Of a stretch of DNA of 64,000 nt, positions 23,735 through 33,374 are shown piece after piece (the first letter of the stretch is position 1; every line of letters begins with the position of its first letter). The translations under genes and the position numbers were made by a program. Under the pieces are notes generated by a model, which saw only the letters and a program-made list of their open reading frames with translations, made no database searches and was not told the DNA's origin. Source of the stretch: a virus; IMG/VR virus record IMGVR_UViG_3300015607_002427. One strand, 5' to 3'.

Positions 23735-24114
23735 TATTGGGTAATGGAAATTTTGAAAGTGCGAGCAAGCTGCTTGGCTTCAATCACACGATCGAGCGGG
23801 AATTTGTAAACGCGAACCTTCCAATGATTCCGACGAAGAATTTCGGTCTTGAACTTGCTTGCGTTCGCACCATTCTTGACTTGATGTTTCTTGGTCAGCG
23901 GAACCAGCTTAGTCTTACGGCGGAACTTTTGAGCAGTGTAAAGGAAAATAAAACCGTTTTTAACACGACCATTGTAAGACTGGCCACGCTTTCCACCAAA
24001 GGTTGTGATGCCATAATTAGCCATACGATATTCGATATCGCGCTTCGTGCTAGTCTCAAACGAATTGTAGAGAAAGTTATCTTCACGAGGAACGACAGTA
24101 ATCATTCGGGTCAT
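23734..24114 (-). CDS. basic hypothetical protein
   Basis: AAGGAG RBS, ORF. Confidence 0.65.
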   Translation of the reverse strand: MTRMITVVPREDNFLYNSFETSTKRDIEYRMANYGITTFGGKRGQSYNGRVKNGFIFLYTAQKFRRKTKLVPLTKKHQVKNGANASKFKTEILRRNHWKVRVYKFPLDRVIEAKQLARTFKISITQ

Positions 24115-24125
24115 CTTGATTCTCC

Positions 24126-24278
24126 TTAAGCAGCCATGAAGGTAAAGCCAGTGTTGCGATTCAGGTGACGAACTTCCTTATCGGACAAAAACATTTCGAA
24201 CGCCAAAATGTCCGGGACAATGCAAGTCTTTTCACCAACAACCTTGCCATCATGCAAAACCAGATACGTAAATTCCAT
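24126..24278 (-). CDS. small hypothetical protein (50 aa)
   Basis: MEFTYLVLHDGK...; AGGAG RBS after early promoter. Confidence 0.6.
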   Translation of the reverse strand: MEFTYLVLHDGKVVGEKTCIVPDILAFEMFLSDKEVRHLNRNTGFTFMAA

Positions 24279-24339
24279 GATTCATCTCCTTAATCAACTT
24301 GAGATGAATTATAAAATCAAAATTCGAATTTGTAAACTG

Positions 24340-24624
24340 TTATCCACCCCAAGGAATATGTTTTACCTTCATTTGAACTTTTTGTTTTCTTTTTGACCGT
24401 CTTTCAGGCCAAGGTTCTGCACCAGTCAAGTACGCCTTGTATTTCTCTTTGTCAACAAACCAATAATCTTTTGGGTCTTGACCACATTCGTTGTGAACTT
24501 CTACTTCGTATCCCGCAAGCTCTAATGCAGCATGAACCAAAGCGGCAGGATAATTGATACCACCACCCATACCAGAAAGTTCCACATAGTCACCATCCAT
24601 TGGCGTAATTTTCTTAAACGTCAT
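24340..24624 (-). CDS. hypothetical protein
   Basis: ORF in gene run. Confidence 0.65.
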   Translation of the reverse strand: MTFKKITPMDGDYVELSGMGGGINYPAALVHAALELAGYEVEVHNECGQDPKDYWFVDKEKYKAYLTGAEPWPERRSKRKQKVQMKVKHIPWGG

Positions 24625-24947
24625 TTGACAATTTCCAATTTAGGCCTTTGCTTTACCGGCTCTTCAGGAGGCGGAGCAAGAGTACAAACTTGAGCTTCTC
24701 CACTCGGATGCTCAATTTCACCGCACTTATTATCAGGTGCAGGCTGAGCTTCCTGTGCTTTCATTTCCATTTGTTGAAGGAACATCAACACGGTTTTCGG
24801 GGTGACAGGCATATCGTTGTCATTGAAGTGTTGAATCACATTCAAAATATCCATCACTCCTTGAGACCGACCCTGATTGAAAGAGTTTTGAAGGTGGATA
24901 TTGAATTTCTTGAGGTAATGCTGTTCAAATACTACATCTCGAATCAT
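24621..24947 (-). CDS. hypothetical protein
   Basis: GGAG RBS, ORF. Confidence 0.65.
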   Translation of the reverse strand: MIRDVVFEQHYLKKFNIHLQNSFNQGRSQGVMDILNVIQHFNDNDMPVTPKTVLMFLQQMEMKAQEAQPAPDNKCGEIEHPSGEAQVCTLAPPPEEPVKQRPKLEIVK

Positions 24948-24958
24948 TTTTTATCTCC

Positions 24959-24985
24959 AAAAAGAAAGGGACCGAAGTCCCTTTC
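24959..24985 (-). terminator. intrinsic terminator
   Basis: AAAGGGAC-TTCG-GTCCCTTT-CTTTTT. Confidence 0.8.
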
Positions 24986-25002
24986 CAAAAGCTTTTCAGC
25001 TA

Positions 25003-26493
25003 TTAGTCGTTGCGTTCGCCATAAGCTCGAGCACGAATGGTTTCAAGGTCAGTAAATTCCTTGAACCAACCACAATCATAGATGACTTCCATGATGTCTT
25101 CCCAATCTTCATCGGTAGGTTCTTCCGGATTGGTAGGAAGGGTCATGATTTCACCAGTCATGCGGCTACGGAAGGTGTTAAGGAAACCAGCCTTGGACTT
25201 CTTACCCGGATCGGTAATCGGGTCCTTGAAGATTTCTTGCCACTTGCCGTCGACCTTGATTGCGCAAACCTTCTGTGCGAACTTGTAGGTATCGCGGTTC
25301 AGCTTTTGCAGCAATGCGCCACCAGAACCGAAGACCAAGTTCTGAGCTGAGTAACCAAGATCGGTAACCAACTGCAGAATCTTGCGAATCATCTCGATGT
25401 CAATGCCATCACCTTGGATGACGCCAACCGTGTTGATGACCTTATAGCCCTTGCTGTTGACCGTAAAACCGAAGGTTGCAGCTTGCATGTCGAGCAGACG
25501 TGGAATAACCTCGAGAGGATCACCACTGTCCGGACGGAAGACGATACGAGCACCAGACTTCTCGATCTGCTCCTTGAATTCCGTGCAAAGCAGCATGGAT
25601 TCGCGGTAGACGTCGTAGCCGTCGAGCACGATCGAAACGATAGCACCAGGCTTGGCGTACGTATCGAGAATCTTCTTCAGATATTCGCGTTGACGTTTCG
25701 GCCCGAAAGAACACTGGATGCTGTGCTCAGTTGCCGGCACCGAGAACGCTGCCATCTTGCAGTTGTAGTAGAAGTTCGCAGCCCGGATACCGGAGATGGT
25801 ATCAGAACCGGTGAAGTTCACCAAGTGGGCCATGCCGCCGATCTGGGCAGATTCTTCAGAGCTGACTCCACGACCACCAAAGTCGTGCAGCATGAACGGA
25901 AGGCCAGGGTACTTGCCGCGCAGAGTCGTTGCGCCAGGAACCGGATCAACGGAAAGTTCGAAGAACTGTTCGATAACCTTGCGAATTTCGTAGTCCATCG
26001 AAGCGATAGTGGTCGGATACCAAACCGCACGTTGCATGCTGGTTTCGAGGTAGGAAGCGATCCATGCGACCTTCTTGTCTTCGCAAGTAACGACATACAG
26101 AGCATTGGCAGAAGGAATGGGGATACCTTCCTTGACGGCCTTGATACGGATGGGGATGAAGCCATTGTATTTTTCAACAATGTATTCCCACGGTTCGCGA
26201 TCAAACGGCTCACCGTGTGCATTTGCGAAATCTTCGGCTTCATCAATCATGTCGATCGTGATCGGCGTCGAGAGACGCTTGCGAATCCACATTTGCAGAC
26301 CGACAGGAACGACGATCTTACCCTTGATGCGAGGCTCACCATACGAAACTTGACCTTCCATCTCGTCAGGATAGACTGGACCGTGGGACAGTTTGTAGGA
26401 ATCGGCGTCGAGGATGAAGTTTACCCCGAGAACGTTGGGGTTTTCGCGTTGGATTTGGCGACGAATTTCGCGCGGTAGATCATTGAAATTCAT
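25003..26493 (-). CDS. nadV: nicotinamide phosphoribosyltransferase (Nampt)
   Basis: DSYKLSH, LHDFGGRG, GSDT, PATEHS, RPDSG, QGDG, FGSGG.LLQ. Confidence 0.95.
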   Translation of the reverse strand: MNFNDLPREIRRQIQRENPNVLGVNFILDADSYKLSHGPVYPDEMEGQVSYGEPRIKGKIVVPVGLQMWIRKRLSTPITIDMIDEAEDFANAHGEPFDREPWEYIVEKYNGFIPIRIKAVKEGIPIPSANALYVVTCEDKKVAWIASYLETSMQRAVWYPTTIASMDYEIRKVIEQFFELSVDPVPGATTLRGKYPGLPFMLHDFGGRGVSSEESAQIGGMAHLVNFTGSDTISGIRAANFYYNCKMAAFSVPATEHSIQCSFGPKRQREYLKKILDTYAKPGAIVSIVLDGYDVYRESMLLCTEFKEQIEKSGARIVFRPDSGDPLEVIPRLLDMQAATFGFTVNSKGYKVINTVGVIQGDGIDIEMIRKILQLVTDLGYSAQNLVFGSGGALLQKLNRDTYKFAQKVCAIKVDGKWQEIFKDPITDPGKKSKAGFLNTFRSRMTGEIMTLPTNPEEPTDEDWEDIMEVIYDCGWFKEFTDLETIRARAYGERND

Positions 26494-26556
26494 ATTTGAA
26501 AGCTCCTTTCAAAGTTAAGAAATATAGCTGTCTATCAGCTATAAGAGTATTTATTC
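26494..26556 (-). promoter_or_regulatory. two-hairpin leader (GATAGAC loop plus SD hairpin) after AATAAATA
   Basis: TATAGCT-GATAGAC-AGCTATA and TTTGAAAG-GAG-CTTTCAAA-TATG. Confidence 0.65.
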
Positions 26557-26589
26557 TATCAAGAATTCAAGAAAAAGTAAACATCTTTT

Positions 26590-27135
26590 TCAAATATCTT
26601 CAACTTGATGATTGTGCGGGAATTCACATTGCATTGGTTGACCATCAGCGCCGAGGTATTCGTGATCTTCATCAATCACATAAACCCATGCAGATTTCTT
26701 TCCGATCTTTGGCGCGTAATCAGGAGAAAGCGGTTGAAGCTTCTTTTTCGATTTCACCCAACTATTTGAAGCCTTACGAGACAAGCTTTCGCGGAGCAAT
26801 GCGACGTTAATCTTCGGCATCGGATATTCCTTACCGTAAATCAACGTCTTGTCAAAATTCGCGCTCTTTCCATTCACACATTCAAGGAAAGAAATTTCCA
26901 TCCCGTTAAGAGCAGTGAGGAATTCTTCCTCAGTATAAGCATGAACGTCAGCCTGAATAGACTTCTTTAACTCAATGCCAAGATTCTCCTTAGCGATCTT
27001 GATCACTTCGCTATTGATGCGAAGGTCATGCTTATCCTTTACAATAGCAATGAAGTCATAGTCAGAACTAGCATTTGCTGTCCCGTAGACCATTGACCCG
27101 TAAAGGTAAACCGAGATGATGTTATCGAATGCCAT
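26590..27135 (-). CDS. Pol-beta-superfamily nucleotidyltransferase-like protein
   Basis: YGSMVYGT....SDYD motif. Confidence 0.75.
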   Translation of the reverse strand: MAFDNIISVYLYGSMVYGTANASSDYDFIAIVKDKHDLRINSEVIKIAKENLGIELKKSIQADVHAYTEEEFLTALNGMEISFLECVNGKSANFDKTLIYGKEYPMPKINVALLRESLSRKASNSWVKSKKKLQPLSPDYAPKIGKKSAWVYVIDEDHEYLGADGQPMQCEFPHNHQVEDI

Positions 27136-27697
27136 ACTTTTCTTTGAGCCGTTCAACTTGTTCGTCCCAATTATAATCTATTGCCCTGGAAATTGACATA
27201 GGGACATCATCTTTGTGTTGATCATGGGTCCAAAGAAGTTGATAAGTCCCTTGAGAAGTCTTGTAAACCTGGTCATGACAATGAAGAGAATCACCAACAG
27301 AAATAGGCTGATTTCCTAAATGGTTGATGTATCTAAAAATCTCCCATTTTCCGCGTTCACTTTCAATTTCTTCCCATCGTTGCTCGCCAAGAACCTTACG
27401 CCGGAAGTTAAGATCTTTCAGTTCAGCTTCATACGCAAGCTCATCTTCGGTTGGTTCCTTTACCTCTTCCATAATCAAACGGAATTTGACGATCTCAGTT
27501 TGCCCAGCTTTACAAAGTGGATTGTACTTTGATTCGTTTTCAATGGACTTTTGAGCCACCTTAGCAGAGTTGTACACTGACGGGATGTCAGTGAGGTAGA
27601 AGGAATGTCCAGGAGTTTTCTTTAGCCAACGCCCAGTAGGCAAATGACGAACACCAAATTGAAAAACCTCTTTTCCTGGAATAATTGACTTACTCAT
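27122..27697 (-). CDS. hypothetical protein
   Basis: ORF in gene run. Confidence 0.65.
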   Translation of the reverse strand: MSKSIIPGKEVFQFGVRHLPTGRWLKKTPGHSFYLTDIPSVYNSAKVAQKSIENESKYNPLCKAGQTEIVKFRLIMEEVKEPTEDELAYEAELKDLNFRRKVLGEQRWEEIESERGKWEIFRYINHLGNQPISVGDSLHCHDQVYKTSQGTYQLLWTHDQHKDDVPMSISRAIDYNWDEQVERLKEKYGIR

Positions 27698-28008
27698 CAG
27701 AACATCCTAATGTTTGAAACAACTTCGTTGTTGATATACAGATTCCAACGGAATGGAAGATGGCTAGCTGTAAGTTCGTATCCCTTACCATCTCGTTCAG
27801 CTACACGAAAGACACAACGATCTTTGATAGCGGCAATTACATCATGCTCTTTTTTCCCGATGAACTCTTGTGGGTCTAGAATTTCGCTTTTCATTTTTGA
27901 TTCTTTCACGGTGTTGCTTTCGATTTTCTCCTGGAAGACGACCAATAGGCCGCTGCCTGTTTTGCCTACGGAGATAGTATGCGTTGTGTCCATATTGTGT
28001 AAACTCAT
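27697..28008 (-). CDS. hypothetical protein
   Basis: ORF; start uncertain. Confidence 0.5.
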   Translation of the reverse strand: MSLHNMDTTHTISVGKTGSGLLVVFQEKIESNTVKESKMKSEILDPQEFIGKKEHDVIAAIKDRCVFRVAERDGKGYELTASHLPFRWNLYINNEVVSNIRMF

Positions 28009-28029
28009 CTTCTTGATCGGGAAGTCCCA

Positions 28030-28908
28030 TTATGTCCAAAGGCTCCTACGAATTTTGATAAGACGAATTAGCATTTCTTCGTCTTCCCTCTCATACTCTT
28101 CTTCTATTTCATGACAACGTTTACTGCAAATTCTGCTTTCTTCGACCAGTTCGGGGGTTTGGTCATCTAGGCTTGCAAGAAAATCTCCACCATGCTTTTC
28201 TTCAAGCTTTCTAAAGTATTCAGAATATCCTGACTCGTCATGAGGATCGGGTCTATTTGGTCGAACGTTTTTCCACCAGTGATAAAGCTCAAATTGTTCT
28301 TTTGCCGCAAGAGCTTGTCCTGTCATCTGACCAAACTCTCCTTTTTCTTTTGCTTCGCGAATGCATTGTTCGTCATTTCCGTACCATGATTCGTCTTTTA
28401 CGAGAGACATCTCCCATTCAAGGTACTCAATGCCGGCCAAAGGGTGTCGTTTCTCGCTGGCGAACCAATTTAACCAACGATTCATTTCGTACCATTTGTA
28501 TCCAAACTTTTTCTGGTTTTCGTCTTGACCCCAAATGACGTGCATCCACGCTTTTTCAATCTCAACAAAATCTACCAGGGTTTCAAATAAACCATGGAGA
28601 ATGCGGGTATCTACTTCATGATATTGCCAGGGATTTAGCTTAGTAGGTAGGTAATGATACTTATCGAAGTATCTAGCGTTCAACGCACACCGTAAATCCC
28701 AAAGCTTATCAATAGGCCAGCAGAAAAAGTCTTGAACCTTATCGAATGCGGTATCTGTCAGCCAATGGATAAATGGGGAGGTATTTTTGCTCACCTCTCT
28801 CCATATTTTCCAATCTTTGCCTGATAATGCAGTTGGATTGGTCAAGCCAAATTTAGATCTTAACCACTCTGCAAATCTACTATGGCTCCAATAATTAACA
28901 CGGCTCAA
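28030..28908 (-). CDS. Trp-rich hypothetical phage protein
   Basis: 292-aa ORF ending EMLIRLIKIRRSLWT. Confidence 0.75.
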   Translation of the reverse strand: MSRVNYWSHSRFAEWLRSKFGLTNPTALSGKDWKIWREVSKNTSPFIHWLTDTAFDKVQDFFCWPIDKLWDLRCALNARYFDKYHYLPTKLNPWQYHEVDTRILHGLFETLVDFVEIEKAWMHVIWGQDENQKKFGYKWYEMNRWLNWFASEKRHPLAGIEYLEWEMSLVKDESWYGNDEQCIREAKEKGEFGQMTGQALAAKEQFELYHWWKNVRPNRPDPHDESGYSEYFRKLEEKHGGDFLASLDDQTPELVEESRICSKRCHEIEEEYEREDEEMLIRLIKIRRSLWT

Positions 28909-29216
28909 AGTATAATTTCTTTCAAAAATTCAGATCGATGCTTATGTTCCCAAGCTGCAGCCTCATCAAAGTACATGACTGTCCAATCGGGAAGATTCTG
29001 TTTCAATTTTACTGCTAATGCGTAACCATGTTTGGAGAACAATTTCGCGTCAAAGGTGTCTTCATCCATTGCTTCACGATCATATTGCACTTGCCAACTC
29101 CCAATCATTGATTTCAACCAATAGTAAATCGGTAGCGAATCAATGTCAATATTCGTACCATTTTCATCCCAAACTCCAGATGAACAATAGTCAGCCATCA
29201 AGCGAACGTATTTCAT
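28905..29216 (-). CDS. hypothetical protein
   Basis: ORF coupled to coaD. Confidence 0.65.
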   Translation of the reverse strand: MKYVRLMADYCSSGVWDENGTNIDIDSLPIYYWLKSMIGSWQVQYDREAMDEDTFDAKLFSKHGYALAVKLKQNLPDWTVMYFDEAAAWEHKHRSEFLKEIIL

Positions 29217-29734
29217 TTTACTAGCTTCTTCTTAAATTCGTCAACGATGATAGGATCAACGTACTGTTCGACGATTCTTTCCCATCCTTCAAAACCTACT
29301 AACCCCTTGACTGTGGAAGAACTTACCTCAGTCATCGCAGCAGGAGGAATAAAGAAAACAGTTTCAACATTTGGGTTAATCTTTCGATTCACTTGTTGAA
29401 TTTGAGATTCGTAGTTGAAGTCTTCAGTGTTTCGAATACCTCTGAAGATATACGAAGCTCCAATTTTCCTGGCATGGTTAATGAGTAGTTCATTGTTTAT
29501 GCTTTCAACAATGATCGCCCTAAACAACGAACTAGGCAAAGTATTTCCGAGAACCTTACGAATTTGCGACAGACGTTCTTCGTCAGAAAAGTAATACTTT
29601 TTAGACGCATTAATTCCCATCACGACGTGCAGGTACCCATTCTCGCCAACCATCTCAGCAGCTTTACGAATGAGCCACATATGACCGAGTGTAATAGGAT
29701 CAAATGACCCTGCGACAATTCCTACTTTAGACAT
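29213..29734 (-). CDS. coaD: phosphopantetheine adenylyltransferase
   Basis: GSFDPITLGH, RGIR...DFNYE, VSSSTVK. Confidence 0.93.
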   Translation of the reverse strand: MSKVGIVAGSFDPITLGHMWLIRKAAEMVGENGYLHVVMGINASKKYYFSDEERLSQIRKVLGNTLPSSLFRAIIVESINNELLINHARKIGASYIFRGIRNTEDFNYESQIQQVNRKINPNVETVFFIPPAAMTEVSSSTVKGLVGFEGWERIVEQYVDPIIVDEFKKKLVK

Positions 29735-29736
29735 TT

Positions 29737-30123
29737 TTATTTCCGAAATTCGACATCAGGAACAATCGATGCCGGTTTGAAGATTACCTTGTAGTGGTAT
29801 TGGCTGACCTTAGACGGTTCGATTTGCTCAGCGAAGTATGTTACGTTGTCAGACAGACCTAAGAAGCTCTTCTTAAACTCATTTGCGCCAGTCTTACAAG
29901 TTACCGTAACTGCTTTAGTTTCTTGCGCGCTACCAATTGAACATAGCCCTTCAACTACTAGCATATATTCGCCGTTCATCGTATTGTAAAAAACGATACG
30001 ACGATTAATCTCAAAACTGTCAGCCGCCTTTTTGAGGTTTTCCGATGCAATTTGGGCATCACTTGAGCAACCCATAATTGCAGTTACTAGCAAAATAACA
30101 AATGGCAAAATGTACTTTTTCAT
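29737..30123 (-). CDS. putative lipoprotein
   Basis: Signal peptide with lipobox IMGC. Confidence 0.75.
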   Translation of the reverse strand: MKKYILPFVILLVTAIMGCSSDAQIASENLKKAADSFEINRRIVFYNTMNGEYMLVVEGLCSIGSAQETKAVTVTCKTGANEFKKSFLGLSDNVTYFAEQIEPSKVSQYHYKVIFKPASIVPDVEFRK

Positions 30124-30134
30124 TTTCTATCCTA

Positions 30135-30773
30135 TTAAGATTTTAACACATCAATCAAAAAATGTAAATTCTTTCGTGCTTTTTGTTCCCAAGGCTTACC
30201 TATTTCAGATAGATAGATTTGTCGCCGATTGAGAAAGCTTTGAAGAACGCTTATGCGACCTTGCGTATAATCCGCATCGCTATAGATCGAGAACTCTTTT
30301 CGTATGTCGCTTTCAAATTGAAGAACCTTATCTTCGCTCTCTGCTAAAATTTTAATATCGGCATCAAGGAACATTTTGATGTCTTCAATTTGCTCAGGGG
30401 TCAACAGCTCATAGTTTCGGATACGATCAAGAGTGTGCCCATGCGTACATCCAATCATGATCAATGCCAACTCAACAGTCATGAAATCATGATCATTTCG
30501 GTCATACTTGATATTTGGGTTGTCTTCCTCGATTTTCTCAAGGAAGACCGTACAGGAACGCTGTTCATTGTAAACGTATTTGTCGCCAACTTCATAGACA
30601 ATATCATGAAAGTTTGCAGCTAGTTCAGCAGCCTGAAGATTACTAAACTTGTTGCTGTGATCATGAATCGTGTCGAGCACATGACAAATATGTGCGTAAT
30701 TATGATAGTGGCGATGTTTCTGTTGGTATTCCTTAAGCAGGAACTTTTGCGTCAGCGGGCTTATCTGCAACAT
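30135..30773 (-). CDS. HD-superfamily metal-dependent phosphohydrolase
   Basis: RHYHN..H, FHDIVY, NE..S, FLDAD, R.EF. Confidence 0.85.
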   Translation of the reverse strand: MLQISPLTQKFLLKEYQQKHRHYHNYAHICHVLDTIHDHSNKFSNLQAAELAANFHDIVYEVGDKYVYNEQRSCTVFLEKIEEDNPNIKYDRNDHDFMTVELALIMIGCTHGHTLDRIRNYELLTPEQIEDIKMFLDADIKILAESEDKVLQFESDIRKEFSIYSDADYTQGRISVLQSFLNRRQIYLSEIGKPWEQKARKNLHFLIDVLKS

Positions 30774-31401
30774 GGAAGAACACCTTTTTAAATTTATGCT
30801 TCATCAAATCTTCAACATAGACTTCACAATGACCGTTCGTGGTATCAATCACGTAGTCAGCTTTTTCAATCTTGAAGGACTGTGAAACTTGTGAGTCAAT
30901 TATATTACGGATTTTCTCTTCTGTAAACCCGTCTCTCTTCTTTACTCGTTCAATTCGCACGTCGTTATCGCAAACTACCGCGATCACTTTAACCTTTGAA
31001 CGCGCCATTTTAATTGGTATGGAACGCTCTTTCATTTCGAAATAGAGCGGCATCTCGATAATCAGAGTCGAGTGTTGCTTGCGGTTAACCAATTCTAGAA
31101 ACTTTTCCTCAACAAGCTTGAAAAAGAAGTCATTCAGTTGCTCACGTAGGATGTTGACGGTTTCAGTTTTGCCCATTTGACGACCAACAGCAAACACTAT
31201 ATCGCTTATCTTGCTACGGTCAGTAGTTCCAAACATCATTGTCAAGAACTTTTTAACATCATCTCGATCGTATAGTTCTTTGGTGAAATCATCAAAGCTG
31301 AAAAATCCGACTTTTACTTCGGATAGATTACGAATGGTTTCAAGAACTCGTGACTTACCGGAACCGATACTTCCGGTAACTACAATAGTTTCGATTTTCA
31401 T
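30733..31401 (-). CDS. coaE: dephospho-CoA kinase
   Basis: TGSIGSGKS, EMPLYFE, RV.KRDG, SQ, ADYVID. Confidence 0.85.
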   Translation of the reverse strand: MKIETIVVTGSIGSGKSRVLETIRNLSEVKVGFFSFDDFTKELYDRDDVKKFLTMMFGTTDRSKISDIVFAVGRQMGKTETVNILREQLNDFFFKLVEEKFLELVNRKQHSTLIIEMPLYFEMKERSIPIKMARSKVKVIAVVCDNDVRIERVKKRDGFTEEKIRNIIDSQVSQSFKIEKADYVIDTTNGHCEVYVEDLMKHKFKKVFFHVADKPADAKVPA

Positions 31402-31404
31402 TTT

Positions 31405-31671
31405 TTAGATTTTCTTGAGTTTTTCAGAGAGATGGTAAGCCAGACGCTTTCGAACTTTCATACCAACGTCTTCTTTCCATTTTTGTTGACGCTGCATGAA
31501 ACCCATAACGGATTCCTCATCAGGGTTTCTCACTGGTTTTGGGAATTCCTTCCATTCTTCTTCTCTCAACATTGTTGATGCAAATTGGAATGGATGGCAA
31601 ACTCCCATCATCACATAAACAGCCGCTTCGGTCTTATCAAACGTTGCAATCTGTTTCAGTTCCTCGGTCAT
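31405..31671 (-). CDS. hypothetical protein
   Basis: AAGGA RBS, ORF. Confidence 0.65.
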   Translation of the reverse strand: MTEELKQIATFDKTEAAVYVMMGVCHPFQFASTMLREEEWKEFPKPVRNPDEESVMGFMQRQQKWKEDVGMKVRKRLAYHLSEKLKKI

Positions 31672-31679
31672 GTTTTTCC

Positions 31680-32225
31680 TTAAAACGCAACTCCGTGCGC
31701 CATATGGTTTTTGAAGTTATCAATGTAAATTTTCGCCATGTCTTTATCTTGGCACCACATTGAATTTTCAGCATTTCGATTTTCAGCATTAGCTGAGAAG
31801 TTGAAGGAGCCAGTGTGTACCCACTTCTTATCAATCACCATCACTTTGTTGTGTGCGATTGCGTGCTTCTTATCAAGGTGGACGTCAAGTCCGTGATCTT
31901 TGGAGTATTGAAGTTTATTGCCATTCGCGGTAGGCTGTTTACCATCGATTAGCAAAGTGACCTTTACGCCACGATTTTTTGCGGCGATAAGCGCATCAGC
32001 GATGTCGATACTTGCATAATTGAATGCTTGAACGAGAACTTCCTTCTCGGCCAAGTTGATTCGATTCACGATTGCTGCAGTTGCACCGCCCTTTGGACTA
32101 AAATGTACGTAACATTGTGGGGTAAATTGGAAAGTATCATCTGCTACTTCAGCGAATGATTGTCCTGCTACGATACCAAGGATGGAAAAAATCGCGAACT
32201 TGAAATATTGTTGTAGTTTTGTCAT
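31680..32225 (-). CDS. secreted PLD-family (Nuc-like) nuclease
   Basis: Signal peptide; HNKVMVID...TGSFNFS.NA..RNAEN. Confidence 0.88.
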   Translation of the reverse strand: MTKLQQYFKFAIFSILGIVAGQSFAEVADDTFQFTPQCYVHFSPKGGATAAIVNRINLAEKEVLVQAFNYASIDIADALIAAKNRGVKVTLLIDGKQPTANGNKLQYSKDHGLDVHLDKKHAIAHNKVMVIDKKWVHTGSFNFSANAENRNAENSMWCQDKDMAKIYIDNFKNHMAHGVAF

Positions 32226-32238
32226 ATTGGAATCCTTT

Positions 32239-32264
32239 AAGAAGGGAGAACGTTCTCCCTTCTT
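32239..32264 (-). terminator. terminator-like hairpin
   Basis: AAGAAGGGAGAAC/GTTCTCCCTTCTT palindrome. Confidence 0.6.
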
Positions 32265-32279
32265 ATTTACTTCAGCCAG

Positions 32280-33374
32280 TTATAGATTGCCAACCAGCTT
32301 CTGGACGATGAAGTAGTGATCTTCGAACATCATGTTTTCCATTTGCTTGAATTCAGCAAGAGGAACCCAACGAGCCTTGACCACATCACATTCAGGGTCA
32401 GTGTTTCCTTGTGAAGTACCCTTGACCTTCGGCAAACCTTCAGGAACCGCGTCAAGAGCGAAGTAGTAGCCGAAAGTAATGGTACGACCACGGAGAGAAC
32501 GTTCAGGATCGTCGAAGAAATCCTTGTTCTTAACACAGCCGCGAAGCTTACCTTCAGGAACCTTGATCTTGGTTTCTTCTTGCAACTCACGAATTACTGC
32601 GTCAAAAACACGCTCATTGTTGTTCACGAAACCGCCAGGCAAAGCCCAAAGCCCTGCGCCCGGCATCGCGCCACGTCGAACCAGCAGAATGTGACCAGAT
32701 TGAATCACGACCGCATCAACGGTGATAAAGGTTGGCGCATAAGGCGCGCATTCCCAAGCACCCTTATATTTCTTGACGTGTTGGTATTCGGAACGGAAAC
32801 GCTCAGCCTGTTCGCGATCATTGGTGAAGAAGTCTTCAATCCACTTCATCGCTGCCCGAGGAACATCCTTACGGACGCCTTCAGGGATCGAGTGAGAATT
32901 AAAGTAACCAGTCGTTTCAAACAAGGCATTACGGATTTCAGTGGCGTTGATTTTCTCGAACTCCTCGATTTCAACGCGATCCCACTGCGGGAACAAATCC
33001 AAATAGAACGACGTGTGGTCTCGTTTGAAGCCGATGATACCAATTTTCGGATCTTCCTTATCGACCTTGACGTTCACGACTGCTTGTACTTCAGTAAGCC
33101 AGATTTCATCGCTGTACGGATAGTCATGAATCGGAATGATTTTGACCCGTTTCTGAGGAATTCCTTCATCAGCAAGAACTGCGCGAATCATGCTTTCACG
33201 TTGCTGTGAATTCCATGGATTACGAATGTTGTTTGCCCGGTTGCTGCTACCAAGCATGATAAGAACTTCATCAGCTTGTTCAAGTGCAATTCGAAGGGTT
33301 TTCAAGTGACCATTGTGGAATGGCTGGAAACGGCCGATGTAGACGATACTGTCGTACGGTTTAGTCTTTGACAT
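32280..33374 (-). CDS. nadM: bifunctional NMN adenylyltransferase / ADP-ribose Nudix hydrolase (NadM-Nudix)
   Basis: GRFQPFHNGH, NATEIR, ALPGGF...RELQEET, FEDHY. Confidence 0.93.
   Translation of the reverse strand: MSKTKPYDSIVYIGRFQPFHNGHLKTLRIALEQADEVLIMLGSSNRANNIRNPWNSQQRESMIRAVLADEGIPQKRVKIIPIHDYPYSDEIWLTEVQAVVNVKVDKEDPKIGIIGFKRDHTSFYLDLFPQWDRVEIEEFEKINATEIRNALFETTGYFNSHSIPEGVRKDVPRAAMKWIEDFFTNDREQAERFRSEYQHVKKYKGAWECAPYAPTFITVDAVVIQSGHILLVRRGAMPGAGLWALPGGFVNNNERVFDAVIRELQEETKIKVPEGKLRGCVKNKDFFDDPERSLRGRTITFGYYFALDAVPEGLPKVKGTSQGNTDPECDVVKARWVPLAEFKQMENMMFEDHYFIVQKLVGNL

Noticed and set aside
25414..26478. 354-aa plus-strand ORF
   Set aside because: Antisense shadow of nadV with no motifs. 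The same applies to 32580..33209, 44741..45796 and 48581..49522.
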